A stretch of DNA of 64,000 bases from Actinomycetota bacterium (GTDB taxonomy: Bacteria > Actinomycetota > Acidimicrobiia > Actinomarinales > Actinomarinaceae): positions 212,513 through 276,512 of the forward strand of contig JACNGE010000014.1 in the NCBI GenBank assembly GCA_014384285.1, in the 5' to 3' direction. Every line of letters starts with the position of its first letter. Position 1 is the stretch's first letter. The translations under genes and the position numbers were made by a program. Below the pieces are notes generated by a model. That model saw nothing but the letters and a program-made list of their open reading frames with translations, was not told the origin of the DNA and did not search any database. Shown here piece after piece: positions 20,660 to 32,356 of the stretch.

Positions 20660-21364
20660 ATGTATAAGCTTTCAATCTCAACTTCAGGCTCATTTATCTC
20701 AGCTTGCCTTCATGAAGATAAATTAATTGGGAGCTTAATTTTTAAATCTAGCCAAGGATCTACAAATTTGTTATTAAATGAAATAGATGAGTTGTTAATT
20801 AAAACACATGTCCAGAAGAAAGATCTTGGTGCAATATATCTTGATACAGGTCCTGGTTACTATACAGGATTGAGAATTGGTTACTCAGTTGCACAGGGAA
20901 TAGGTGGAAGCTTAGGAATACCACTTGTTCCAGTAAATGGCCTTGATTCACTTGCTTTTGCAGCACACACGAGTCATAGAAAAATATGTGCGATTATTGA
21001 TATTAAAAGAGGTGAGTTTGCATTCTGTACCTATAAGCCGGTACCAGGTGGTGTCGTCAGAGAGACTGAACCAGAAATAATTAACTCTGAAAGCCTTAAG
21101 GCAAAACTGTCGGATGATGCAGAAAAAAAACTATTAGTTGGGAATTGGGATGTTATACCTGAATACAATTTACCAAATGATAGCAATGCAAAACTTGCTG
21201 ATCCGAAAGTAGTCACAGCTGAAACAATTTTTTCAGTTGGTGAAAGATTATTTCAAAATAATAAATTTCCAAATTTCAATGAAATATCAATAAATTATAT
21301 GAGGGAGCCAGATATTTCACTTTCTCAATCGGCACTTGAAAAAAAAGTAGAATTTAATGATTGA
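20660..21364 (+). CDS. tsaB: tRNA t6A biosynthesis protein TsaB (inactive Kae1/YgjD paralog)
   Basis: 234 aa with an ASKHA-fold N-terminal region, lying between tsaE and rimI. Confidence 0.7.
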   Translation: MYKLSISTSGSFISACLHEDKLIGSLIFKSSQGSTNLLLNEIDELLIKTHVQKKDLGAIYLDTGPGYYTGLRIGYSVAQGIGGSLGIPLVPVNGLDSLAFAAHTSHRKICAIIDIKRGEFAFCTYKPVPGGVVRETEPEIINSESLKAKLSDDAEKKLLVGNWDVIPEYNLPNDSNAKLADPKVVTAETIFSVGERLFQNNKFPNFNEISINYMREPDISLSQSALEKKVEFND

Positions 21365-21800
21365 TCTAATAAATGAATGTGATGAACAACTAGCAAAAGA
21401 GTTAGAGATAATAGAAAATAAAATATTTGGTACAGCTTGGCCATATCAAACAATTCAGTGCAAAATAAATAATCAAGAATTTAAATATTGGACCTATAAA
21501 AAAGATGAAAAGATAGTTGCCTACCTGGGTATACATTTTGTAAATGACTTTATAGAGGTATTAGGCATTGGGGTTATTGAAAAATATAGAAAAAATGGGA
21601 TAGCAAAAAATTTGATGAATGAATTTATAGAATATTTCAATACATCGATGTATCAAAAAATTTTACTGGAAGTCCGTGAATCGAATAGTAAAGCAAAAAA
21701 TTTGTATACAAATTTTGGATTTAGACAGATTTCTAAAAGAAAAAATTACTATAAAACAGAAGATGCCGATATTTACCTAAAGGAAAAAATTTATGTTTGA
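21357..21800 (+). CDS. rimI: GNAT acetyltransferase, ribosomal-protein-alanine acetyltransferase-like
   Basis: 147 aa GNAT fold (acetyl-CoA motif region RKNGIAKNLM) in the conserved tsaB-rimI-tsaD arrangement. Confidence 0.7.
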   Translation: MIDLINECDEQLAKELEIIENKIFGTAWPYQTIQCKINNQEFKYWTYKKDEKIVAYLGIHFVNDFIEVLGIGVIEKYRKNGIAKNLMNEFIEYFNTSMYQKILLEVRESNSKAKNLYTNFGFRQISKRKNYYKTEDADIYLKEKIYV

Positions 21801-22794
21801 AGATAAAGTAATTTTAGGATTCGAGACTAGTTGCGATGAAACTGCTATCGCAGTTATGAAGAATAATAAACTTCTGGTGAATAAAATTTCATCACAGGTA
21901 GATATTCATGAAAAATTCGGTGGGGTAGTTCCAGAAGTTGCGTCAAGAGCACATTCAGAAATGATACGAAACTTATTTCACCTATCTTTAAAAGAGGCTC
22001 AATTAGAACTCTCAGATATTGATCTTATCGCCTCAACTGATGGACCTGGTTTAGTAGGGAGTCTTGTTGTTGGTTATAATTTTGCAAAATCTGTTGCTTG
22101 GTCCCTAGAGAAACCATTTCTTCCAATTGACCATATGGTCGGACATCTGAGTGCACCCTTGATTGAGCATCCACAATTAGACCCACCATTTCTTTCACTA
22201 CTTGTTTCGGGAGGACACTCCCAAATAGTTTTAGTTGAAGAGTGGGAAAAATACGAATTACTTGGGTCCACTATTGATGATGCTGCAGGGGAGGCATTTG
22301 ATAAACTCTCACGATATTGTGGGTTTGGCTTTCCCGGAGGACCTGCGATACAGAAGTTAAGTGAAGGTGGTGATGAGTCAAAAATAGCTCTCCCAAGACC
22401 TAAAACTTCAGGGGAGTTTGACTATTCATTTTCTGGTCTCAAAACAGCTGCTATGTATTATCTGAGAGACTTAAAAAAAGAGGATGAAGTTTCTAGAAGA
22501 GATTTTGCTGCCTCATACCAAGAAGCAATTGTAGATTCATTGATGGGTGTATTTGAAAGGGCTGTAAAAGAAACTAATGTTCCAACTATTTCTGGGGGTG
22601 GTGGAGTAATAGCTAATAGAAGATTGCGTGAAAAACTGGCCATTTTTGCTGAAAAAAATAACAAAAATATTTATCTACCCTCACCAATTCTATCTACTGA
22701 CAATGCAGCGATGATATGTAGTGCAGCTCAAAAGAACCTTACAACTAAAGACTTAAACATCAATGATGTAAGGCTTTCTTCAATAATTAATTGA
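21793..22794 (+). CDS. tsaD: tRNA N6-adenosine threonylcarbamoyltransferase TsaD
   Basis: 333 aa Kae1/TsaD family with metal-binding motif HMVGHL. Confidence 0.9.
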   Translation: MFEDKVILGFETSCDETAIAVMKNNKLLVNKISSQVDIHEKFGGVVPEVASRAHSEMIRNLFHLSLKEAQLELSDIDLIASTDGPGLVGSLVVGYNFAKSVAWSLEKPFLPIDHMVGHLSAPLIEHPQLDPPFLSLLVSGGHSQIVLVEEWEKYELLGSTIDDAAGEAFDKLSRYCGFGFPGGPAIQKLSEGGDESKIALPRPKTSGEFDYSFSGLKTAAMYYLRDLKKEDEVSRRDFAASYQEAIVDSLMGVFERAVKETNVPTISGGGGVIANRRLREKLAIFAEKNNKNIYLPSPILSTDNAAMICSAAQKNLTTKDLNINDVRLSSIIN

Positions 22795-22868
22795 AAATAA
22801 AAATACCTTTATAAACGGCACAGTATTAAATTCACAATGTAACAATAAAAATTTAGGAGGTAATGTAA

Positions 22869-24805
<1,937 letters not shown>

Positions 24806-24825
24806 GAACATCAAAAATTTAAAAA

Positions 24826-24854
24826 AAGAGCGGACTTAGATCCGCTCTTTTTTT
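24826..24854 (+). terminator. Rho-independent terminator after groEL
   Basis: Stem aagagcgga / tccgctctt around loop cttaga, followed by a T-run. Confidence 0.75.
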
Positions 24855-24870
24855 ATAGTATGCTTAAAAC

Positions 24871-25212
24871 ATGACTGGAATCCGTGGTGCAATTGCAGAA
24901 GTTACTAATACTTCAATAGATATCATTGAATCATCAAAAGATTTATTCAAAGAACTTCTTGAATTAAATAATTTAGATATCTCTAAGATAGTGTCTGTAA
25001 TCTTTACTGTCACACATGATTTAACTGAGGCCTTTCCTGCAAAAGCAATAAGAGATCTCGGTTATACGTCAGTTTCTGCAATAGACACATTAGCCCCAAA
25101 CATTTCAAATGATTTAAAGGGTTGCATCAGGATACTTATTCATTATGATGATGACATTGTTCCAAATCATCTTTATCTAGGTGAAGCAAAGAATCTTAGA
25201 CCTGATAGATAA
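24871..25212 (+). CDS. aroH: Monofunctional chorismate mutase, AroH class
   Basis: 113 aa MTGIRGAI...FPAKAIRDLGY...KGCIRILIHY...LRPD aligns along its length with B. subtilis-type AroH (IRGIRGAT...FPAKAVREL...KKCIRVMM...LRPDL). Confidence 0.75.
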   Translation: MTGIRGAIAEVTNTSIDIIESSKDLFKELLELNNLDISKIVSVIFTVTHDLTEAFPAKAIRDLGYTSVSAIDTLAPNISNDLKGCIRILIHYDDDIVPNHLYLGEAKNLRPDR

Positions 25213-25253
25213 AACTAATTGGCAAAACATTGAAAGATGCTATCATAATCACA

Positions 25254-25298
25254 ATGAAATTAAACAATACTTTTTTTTACTTTAGTGAGCACATATAA
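25254..25298 (+). promoter_or_regulatory. Putative attenuator leader peptide MKLNNTFFYFSEHI (3 Phe + 1 Tyr in a row)
   Basis: 14-codon ORF 27 nt upstream of a strong terminator hairpin that abuts the aroF SD. Codons 7-10 are TTT TTT TAC TTT. There is no obvious SD, so it may be translated leaderless. Confidence 0.35.
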
Positions 25299-25322
25299 GT
25301 TGCCCTAAAGTTGTGTTGTAGT

Positions 25323-25350
25323 AAATCGGGCAAAGGCCCGATTTTTTTAT
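25323..25350 (+). terminator. Intrinsic terminator / attenuator hairpin immediately upstream of the aroF RBS
   Basis: Stem aaatcgggc / gcccgattt around loop aaag, then TTTTTTT. It ends 12 nt before the aroF ATG. Upstream ttgccc (25300-25305) can pair with gggcaa (25328-25333) to form an alternative antiterminator. Confidence 0.6.
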
Positions 25351-25362
25351 TTAGGAGAAAAA

Positions 25363-26379
25363 ATGATAATCGTTATGAAACAAGCAGCTTCTGAAGAAGA
25401 TGTAGAAAAGGTTAAAAGTAAAGCTATTGAGCAGGGGCACGAGCCTTTAACAATCTTCGGAGTTGAAAGAACAGTTGTTGCCGTAAGTGGCAAAGTAATC
25501 GAAGACAACAGAGCAATCATGAGGTTATTAGATAATGTTCAAGAAGTGATTCCTATCGGTAGACCTTACAAGCTTGCTAGTAGGAGCTACAAAGAAGAAA
25601 GTACTCAAATTAAGATTAAAAATTTAGTAGTTGGTGGTACTGAACTAGCTCTTATTGCCGGTCCAGATAGTGCTGAAACAAGAGCTCAGACACTAGAAAC
25701 AGCGGAAGCTGTTGTAGCAGCAGGTGGTAACGGACTGCGAGGAGGTGCTTTTAAGCCACGAACCTCTCCATATAGCTTCCAAGGACTTGGTGAAGATGGT
25801 TTAAAGATGCTTAAAGAAGCATCAGAAGTTAACAACCTTCCATTATTTAGTGAGATTATGGATGCTCAACATTTATCTATGATGGAAAACTATGTTGATG
25901 TTCTTCAGGTTGGCGCTAGAAATATGCAAAATTTCAAACTATTAGAAGCTGTAGGGGAGTCAAAATTACCTGTACTTCTCAAAAGAGGTATGAGTGCAAC
26001 CTTAGAAGAGCTTCTTCTAGCTTCCGAGTATATTTTAACTGGGGGTAACGAAAATGTGATGTTGTGTGAAAGAGGAATCAGAACCTATGAAACTGCAACA
26101 AGAAATACTTTTGATGTAAACGCAATTCCATTTTTAAAGATGAACTCACATCTTCCTGTAATAGCTGATCCCAGCCACGCAACTGGGGATAGTAAATTAG
26201 TTGAGCCAGTTGCTTTAGCTGCTATTGCTGCAGGAGCGGATGGTCTTTTAATAGAGATTCACCCTAGACCAGATGAAGCTCTTTGCGATGGCCCTCAGGC
26301 GATAGTACCAACACAATTGAATGAGCTAAGTAAAAAAGTTAGTGCTATTGCTAATGTGGTAGGAAGAACGCTCAATTAG
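25363..26379 (+). CDS. 3-deoxy-7-phosphoheptulonate (DAHP) synthase, type I-beta (KDO8PS-like) with N-terminal regulatory domain
   Basis: 338 aa. The first roughly 75 aa form an ACT/ferredoxin-like domain, followed by a TIM barrel with DAHPS/KDO8PS family sequence (GPDSAE, KPRTSPYSFQGLG). Confidence 0.85.
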   Translation: MIIVMKQAASEEDVEKVKSKAIEQGHEPLTIFGVERTVVAVSGKVIEDNRAIMRLLDNVQEVIPIGRPYKLASRSYKEESTQIKIKNLVVGGTELALIAGPDSAETRAQTLETAEAVVAAGGNGLRGGAFKPRTSPYSFQGLGEDGLKMLKEASEVNNLPLFSEIMDAQHLSMMENYVDVLQVGARNMQNFKLLEAVGESKLPVLLKRGMSATLEELLLASEYILTGGNENVMLCERGIRTYETATRNTFDVNAIPFLKMNSHLPVIADPSHATGDSKLVEPVALAAIAAGADGLLIEIHPRPDEALCDGPQAIVPTQLNELSKKVSAIANVVGRTLN

Positions 26380-26381
26380 AT

Positions 26382-27212
26382 ATGAAGTCAGTCAGAGTTA
26401 TTGGATTAGGCCTAATGGGTACAAACTTAGGCCTTAAGTTATTAACTCAAGGTATAAAAGTATATGGTAATGATACAGATGAAGAATCTGTTAATAGAGC
26501 TTCCAGCTTGGGCTTTGATATAAATGGTTCCGAGGAGACTGTAGATTTAACAGTTCTTGCTATGCCAATAAATAGCATAGTATCATCTCTTAGCTCAAAA
26601 GAGTTAATAGTAAATACAAAAGCTATCGTTGATATAGGAGGAACAAAAGAAAAAATTTGTAATTTGATGGATAGTTATCAAATCCCATCAATTGGAGGCC
26701 ATCCTATGTGCGGGGTTTCTGACAACAGTACTTGGAAGCCAAATCCTGATATATATAATGGTGCAACATTTTTACTATGTGAAACAAAATCAACCGATGC
26801 TGATTCAAAAGAAATAGTAAAGAAAATGATAGAGTTATTAAGCTCTAAAGAAGTATGGATTGACAGGGTTCAGCACGATGAGATAATTTCAATTACTAGT
26901 CACCTTCCTCACCTAATAAGCACAGCTCTAGTGGGAGTAGCAAAAGACAACTACGACATAGGCGAGATTATGGGAATGGCAGCTGGTGGCTTTGATGGTG
27001 CAACTAGGTTAACACGGACTAATCCTGAGATGATTAGAGACATGTACGACACTAACTCTGAAAATATTAATACATTTCTCAAGCACTTTTTGGAAGAGCT
27101 AATGGAATTAATAGATCTCCAGCAAAGAGATGAACTTTTAAACTATTTAAATAATTCAGTCGAATGGCGTAGGGCACTATCAGACAAATTCGGAGAAAGG
27201 CCATTAAGTTGA
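26382..27212 (+). CDS. tyrA: Prephenate (or arogenate) dehydrogenase
   Basis: 276 aa with a Rossmann N-terminus GLGLMG and the catalytic region GGHPMCG. Confidence 0.8.
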   Translation: MKSVRVIGLGLMGTNLGLKLLTQGIKVYGNDTDEESVNRASSLGFDINGSEETVDLTVLAMPINSIVSSLSSKELIVNTKAIVDIGGTKEKICNLMDSYQIPSIGGHPMCGVSDNSTWKPNPDIYNGATFLLCETKSTDADSKEIVKKMIELLSSKEVWIDRVQHDEIISITSHLPHLISTALVGVAKDNYDIGEIMGMAAGGFDGATRLTRTNPEMIRDMYDTNSENINTFLKHFLEELMELIDLQQRDELLNYLNNSVEWRRALSDKFGERPLS

Positions 27213-28483
27213 TAAATAATAAACTCTCCGGAGAAGTGACAATTATTGGTGATAAATCTATATCTCACAGAGCTATAATTTTTTGTTCATTAGCAGATGG
27301 AATCTCAAGAATTTCAAACATACTTATTTCAGGTGACACAACTGCCACTATCGATATATTCCGTTGTCTAGGTGTAAATATTGATATTGTTGAAGGAAAT
27401 TCTTTAATAATTCATGGGGTTGGACTGCAGGGTTTATCCAAACCAGATTCTAAATTAAATGCCAAAAGTTCAGGAACTACAGCAAGGCTTTTGACAGGCT
27501 TACTATCAAGACAAAACTTTACATCAGAGTTAGTAGGAAGTAGTCAACTCACGAAAAGACCTATGGGTAGAGTGGTTGATTTACTAAATGAGAATGGCTC
27601 TAATATATCTTCTAAGAATGGGTATTTACCAATAAATTTTAAAAAAGGTTTTAGCACTTTCCACTCAATCAACACAAAAGTTCCAAGCGCTCAAGTAAAA
27701 AGTGCGTTGTTAATTGCTTCACTATATCATCAAGAACCCACCGTTATTACAGAAGACATCCCAACAAGAGATCACTCTGAGAGAATGTTGGCCTATATGG
27801 GTATAGGTATTGTAAGAATGGGTACATCCGTTACTGTCCCCCCCAATCAAAAAATTAAACCAGTCGAACTTGATATTCCATCTGACACATCGTCTGCTGC
27901 TTTTCTTATTGCGCTGGGTATTTTATCCTCTGAAAAAATAGTTTTAAGAAAAGTACTTATAAATGAGAGAAGAATAGGTTTTTTAAAAGTTTTAAAAAGA
28001 ATGAACGCAAATATTGAAATAAACAACATAACTGAAATTGGTAATGAAATGGTTGGAGACATAAAGGTTTCAAAGTCAAACCTGGTTGCAACGCAAATAG
28101 AGCCTAGTGAAATTCCAGACCTTATTGATGAGATTCCGATTCTAACATTTATAGCTTCTCAAGCAGATGGCTTAACTACATTAAGAGGAGCAGAGGAGTT
28201 GAGAATAAAAGAATCAGATAGATTAGAAACAATGAAAGACTTCATAGAAGCTTTAAATGGAAAAATAAAAATGTATTCAGATGGATTCGACATTCTAGGA
28301 AAACAAAACCTAGAAGCTGGAAGTATAAAAACAGAAGATGATCACAGGGTTTCTATGACAGCTCTCATAGCTAATATTTCACTTAATAAAAAAATTACCC
28401 CTGACAATATTAAGTGTATTGATGATTCATATCCATCATTTTTTCAAGACCTTGCTCTTCTTGGAGGGGAGATTAATGAATAA
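27209..28483 (+). CDS. aroA: 3-phosphoshikimate 1-carboxyvinyltransferase (EPSP synthase)
   Basis: 424 aa with the EPSPS fold and conserved motifs (KSISHR, SAQVKSALL, DHRVSM). Confidence 0.9.
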   Translation: MINNKLSGEVTIIGDKSISHRAIIFCSLADGISRISNILISGDTTATIDIFRCLGVNIDIVEGNSLIIHGVGLQGLSKPDSKLNAKSSGTTARLLTGLLSRQNFTSELVGSSQLTKRPMGRVVDLLNENGSNISSKNGYLPINFKKGFSTFHSINTKVPSAQVKSALLIASLYHQEPTVITEDIPTRDHSERMLAYMGIGIVRMGTSVTVPPNQKIKPVELDIPSDTSSAAFLIALGILSSEKIVLRKVLINERRIGFLKVLKRMNANIEINNITEIGNEMVGDIKVSKSNLVATQIEPSEIPDLIDEIPILTFIASQADGLTTLRGAEELRIKESDRLETMKDFIEALNGKIKMYSDGFDILGKQNLEAGSIKTEDDHRVSMTALIANISLNKKITPDNIKCIDDSYPSFFQDLALLGGEINE

Positions 28484-29264
28484 ATTAGGAATACTAGGAT
28501 GGCCGTTAACTACAACCTATTCACCTCTGATACATAATAAATTATTTGAACTCTCTGGGTTGGAGGGAAGTTATCAAATAATTAAACAAGAAGAAATAAA
28601 CTCTCAAATAATATCGGAAATAAATAATGACTTATTAGGCTACAACATCACAATCCCCCATAAAGAAAAAATTATATATCTTCAAAAGTCAGCGATACTA
28701 AGTGCAAGTGTCAAAGATATTGGGGCTTGTAATACGGTATTGAATAGAAACTCAAAAATATATTTATTCAACACTGATTTTTCAGGATTTAAAACATTTT
28801 TAAACTTGATTCAATATGATTTTTGTAAAAAGTCTGTTTTGATACTTGGATCTGGAGGAAGCGCTAAAGCAATTGCTTACACATTAAAATTACAAAACAT
28901 AAATTATTTCATAGCGAGTAGGCATTCAAATGAAAATACTATTTCATATAATGAAATAGTTAAAATTGGCTCGGACATTGATTTAGTAATTAATACTACA
29001 CCTGTAGGCATGCCTCCATTTAATCATGGAGAACTACCAATAAAGTGGAACAATTTACCTAATATAAAAACAGTAATCAATCTTGGGTATGGGTCTAAAA
29101 ATACCTTTCTAAATCAATTTGATGACTCCATTGCTAAATATGATGGATTGGGCATGCTTGTGTGCCAAGCTATAGAGTCATTTAATATATGGACCTCTGC
29201 AGGCTTAAATACAAGTAGAATTTATGGTGAAGTGATAAAGGAATTGGAAAATATAGATGATTAG
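28476..29264 (+). CDS. aroE: Shikimate dehydrogenase
   Basis: MNKLGILGWPL... with an NAD(P) site GSGGSAKA. I chose the ATG overlapping the aroA stop; the ORF-track start at 28419 adds 19 aa inside aroA. Confidence 0.8.
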   Translation: MNKLGILGWPLTTTYSPLIHNKLFELSGLEGSYQIIKQEEINSQIISEINNDLLGYNITIPHKEKIIYLQKSAILSASVKDIGACNTVLNRNSKIYLFNTDFSGFKTFLNLIQYDFCKKSVLILGSGGSAKAIAYTLKLQNINYFIASRHSNENTISYNEIVKIGSDIDLVINTTPVGMPPFNHGELPIKWNNLPNIKTVINLGYGSKNTFLNQFDDSIAKYDGLGMLVCQAIESFNIWTSAGLNTSRIYGEVIKELENIDD

Positions 29265-30426
29265 ATATTTAACAGCGGGTGAAAGCCACGGTCCAGAGTT
29301 GACAGGTATTTTAGAGGGTATACCAGCAGGGTTCAATGTTTCAAAAAAATATATAGATGACTTTTTACAGAGGAGACAAAAAGGACTTGGCTCTGGTGGC
29401 AGAATGAATATTGAGCAAGATGAAGTTTTGATAACCTCGGGTATAGTCAACGGAGTGACTACTGGAGCACCAATTGCCATAAGAATCTTAAATAAAGACT
29501 GGAAAAATTGGAAAGATAAAGAAATTGAGCCATACATCGTTCCTAGGCCTGGACATGCTGATTTAGTAGGAACAGCAAAATACGATCATGAAGATATAAG
29601 ATTTGTTCTAGAAAGAGCCAGTGCTAGAGAAACTGCAATGCGAGCAGCCATAGGGGCAATAACAGCAGAAATTCTTGAGTCACTTGGAATCAATATCGTA
29701 GGATATGTTACTGCAATTGGAGATATTTCTTATCAAGGAGATCCAAAAGTGAAAATTGACAAACTAAAAGTTATGCATTCTGAAGTTGGCTGTCCTGATC
29801 CTGTAACAAGCAAAATGATGGAGGATAAGATTCTTTTAGCTAGAAAAAATAAAGATACTTTAGGTGGTGCTATAACTTGTATAGCTTCAGGGGTTCCAGC
29901 AACTTTAGGAAGTTTTGTACATTGGGACAAAAAACTAGATGCAATATTAGCAAAGCAATTTATGTCTGTTCAAAGCGTAAAAGCAGTTGAAATTGGTAAG
30001 GGTGTTGAAGTGTCAAAAAAATATGGTACGGAAGTACAAGACCAGTACTCAATTGATGAAAAAAAAATAAATAAGATTTCAAATAACCTAGGAGGTTTTG
30101 AAGGGGGAATGTCTAACGGTGAAGATATTTACATTACTGCATACCTTAAACCAATTAGTACTACACTAACTCCCATAAATAGTATTGATTTGGTAACAAA
30201 AACTGAAACTGAAACAGTTTATGAACGCTCAGATACCTGCGCAGTACCACGAGCAATACCAATTTTTGAAGCAGTTATGGCTTTTGAAGTTCTTAATAAT
30301 TTACTACTCAAAACAGGTGGTGACAACAAGAAAGAGGTTTTAAAAAACTACAATAACATTCCAAGTCTTGAAGTTGATGATTTCAACATGAAAAATGAAG
30401 TATGGAATATGAATTATGACAACTAA
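29257..30426 (+). CDS. aroC: Chorismate synthase
   Basis: MIRYLTAGESHGPEL... is the chorismate synthase signature N-terminus. Confidence 0.9.
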   Translation: MIRYLTAGESHGPELTGILEGIPAGFNVSKKYIDDFLQRRQKGLGSGGRMNIEQDEVLITSGIVNGVTTGAPIAIRILNKDWKNWKDKEIEPYIVPRPGHADLVGTAKYDHEDIRFVLERASARETAMRAAIGAITAEILESLGINIVGYVTAIGDISYQGDPKVKIDKLKVMHSEVGCPDPVTSKMMEDKILLARKNKDTLGGAITCIASGVPATLGSFVHWDKKLDAILAKQFMSVQSVKAVEIGKGVEVSKKYGTEVQDQYSIDEKKINKISNNLGGFEGGMSNGEDIYITAYLKPISTTLTPINSIDLVTKTETETVYERSDTCAVPRAIPIFEAVMAFEVLNNLLLKTGGDNKKEVLKNYNNIPSLEVDDFNMKNEVWNMNYDN

Positions 30427-30922
30427 CAAGACGGCTTACGTTGTTGGTTTCATGGGTTCTGGAAAGTCGTCTATTTTGAAAGTTATAAACCAATCGACAA
30501 ATATTAACACTGTTGATTTAGATGAACTAGTTGTAAAAGATAACGGAGAAAGCATTCTAAAAATATTTAGAAACCACGGTGAAGAATATTTTAGAAAAAA
30601 AGAGGAAGAGTCTTTTTATAAAATTAAGAATATGCCAGAAACAATAATATTTCTGGGCGGGGGCTCGCTAGTTACAGATTCAATCAGAACCACTATCCAA
30701 CAATCTGAAAATTCTTTTTACTTACAAAATTCATTTGATAATTTGTGGGAAAACATTAAAAACAGTGACAGACCATTAGTAACTACAGGAAAAAAAAATG
30801 TAATGAAAATTTATAATGAAAGACTAGATAGTTACGAACAATGTAAAAATACTATAGATATGTCAAATAGTAGTTTAAAAGAAGCATCTAAGTTAATAGT
30901 GAGTCAGCTAGGGTGGATTTAA
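30416..30922 (+). CDS. aroK: Shikimate kinase
   Basis: 168 aa with P-loop GFMGSGKS. Confidence 0.75.
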   Translation: MTTNKTAYVVGFMGSGKSSILKVINQSTNINTVDLDELVVKDNGESILKIFRNHGEEYFRKKEEESFYKIKNMPETIIFLGGGSLVTDSIRTTIQQSENSFYLQNSFDNLWENIKNSDRPLVTTGKKNVMKIYNERLDSYEQCKNTIDMSNSSLKEASKLIVSQLGWI

Positions 30923-31932
30923 AATTGAATAATTCAAAAGTAGTGTATTTTGAAAACTTAAATGAATTAATAACATACTGTGGGGAAAAGACTAGCAATA
31001 ACTCACACCATACGTTTATTGACAAGAATGTTTTATTAAAATTTCCGGTTTTTAAAGAAGCCGGTATGAATATGAGTCCTCTAGATATCAGCGAAGATGA
31101 GAAAAATTTAGCAACAGTTTCTAGTTTGTGGAATATTATGTTTGAAAAATCTCTCCAAAGAAGTTCTATCGTATTTTCCATCGGAGGAGGGGTGATTTCA
31201 GATGAAGTTGGCTTTGCTGCCAGCACTTATAAAAGGGGGACCAAGCTAATAAACATTCCGACAACTCTTTTGTCAATGGTTGATGCTGCACATGGAGGTA
31301 AGAATGGAATTAATAATGAATACGGAAAGAATCAAATAGGAACATTTATGATGCCAAACGAAGTATTAATTTGCAGTGAATTTTTGAATGAGCTGCCCGA
31401 AAAAGAAATAAAAACAGGTTTAATTGAGTTAATAAAAGCTGGCTTTTTGAAAAATCCTCAACTGGTTGAAAAAGTTTATGACGTAAACCTAAATCAAATT
31501 GATACAAGTCTTATAAGTACAGCAGTAGAAATTAAAAATGAAATTGTTAGCAAAGACTTCGCAGAGTCATCAGAGAGAATGTTATTAAATTTTGGACATA
31601 CGATTGGACACCTAATTGAGGTTGACTCTAATTATAATATTTCACATGGTGAAGCAGTTGCTATAGGAATGTTAAAGTCTATGAAAATCTCTGAAAATAT
31701 TTTTGGACTAGATTCAAACGTAGCTGAAAAATTTGGATTTTTCTTAGAAAAATTAGAACTACATAAAGACTACAAATTTAATAGTGACACTGACCTCCTT
31801 AAAGAACTTTTAATAAATGATAAAAAAACGAATAATACTGAAATAAAGTATGTTCTTTTAAAAGATATTGGAGAGCCAATTTTGATTGATTATGACTTGA
31901 TGGAATTACTAAATGAGATTACTAATGATTAA
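30913..31932 (+). CDS. aroB: 3-dehydroquinate synthase
   Basis: 339 aa with DHQS family sequence (GGGVISDEVGFAA, metal ligands HTIGH, HGEAVAIG). GTG start overlapping the aroK stop. Confidence 0.85.
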   Translation: MDLKLNNSKVVYFENLNELITYCGEKTSNNSHHTFIDKNVLLKFPVFKEAGMNMSPLDISEDEKNLATVSSLWNIMFEKSLQRSSIVFSIGGGVISDEVGFAASTYKRGTKLINIPTTLLSMVDAAHGGKNGINNEYGKNQIGTFMMPNEVLICSEFLNELPEKEIKTGLIELIKAGFLKNPQLVEKVYDVNLNQIDTSLISTAVEIKNEIVSKDFAESSERMLLNFGHTIGHLIEVDSNYNISHGEAVAIGMLKSMKISENIFGLDSNVAEKFGFFLEKLELHKDYKFNSDTDLLKELLINDKKTNNTEIKYVLLKDIGEPILIDYDLMELLNEITND

Positions 31933-32356
31933 AATCTTGATAATTAATGGTCCAAATCTTAATATGCTCGGATTAAGAGAGATAAACCAATATGGAAAAA
32001 TATCTTATGACGATTTATGCAACCTAATCAAAACACATTCAAAAAATAAAGTTCAAATCGAATTTTATCAATCAAATATTGAAGGAGAGATTGTGTCTAG
32101 AGTTCAAGAAATCATTGATCAAGATATAGATGCTTTAATTGTAAATCCTGGAGCCTACACTCATACAAGTATTGCAATTAGAGATGCATTAGCGATCTTG
32201 AATATTCCAAAAATAGAAGTACATTTATCAGACATTAACAGCCGGGAAAATTTCAGAAAGACAAATTTAATTACAGATTTATGTGAATTGAGTATTATCG
32301 GGAAAGGTGCCAACGGCTATATTGAGGCAATAGAGTATTTGTATGAAAAAAATTAA
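31925..32356 (+). CDS. aroQ: 3-dehydroquinate dehydratase, type II
   Basis: MIKILIINGPNLNMLGLRE... is the type II DHQase signature. The ATG overlaps the aroB stop. Confidence 0.85.
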   Translation: MIKILIINGPNLNMLGLREINQYGKISYDDLCNLIKTHSKNKVQIEFYQSNIEGEIVSRVQEIIDQDIDALIVNPGAYTHTSIAIRDALAILNIPKIEVHLSDINSRENFRKTNLITDLCELSIIGKGANGYIEAIEYLYEKN

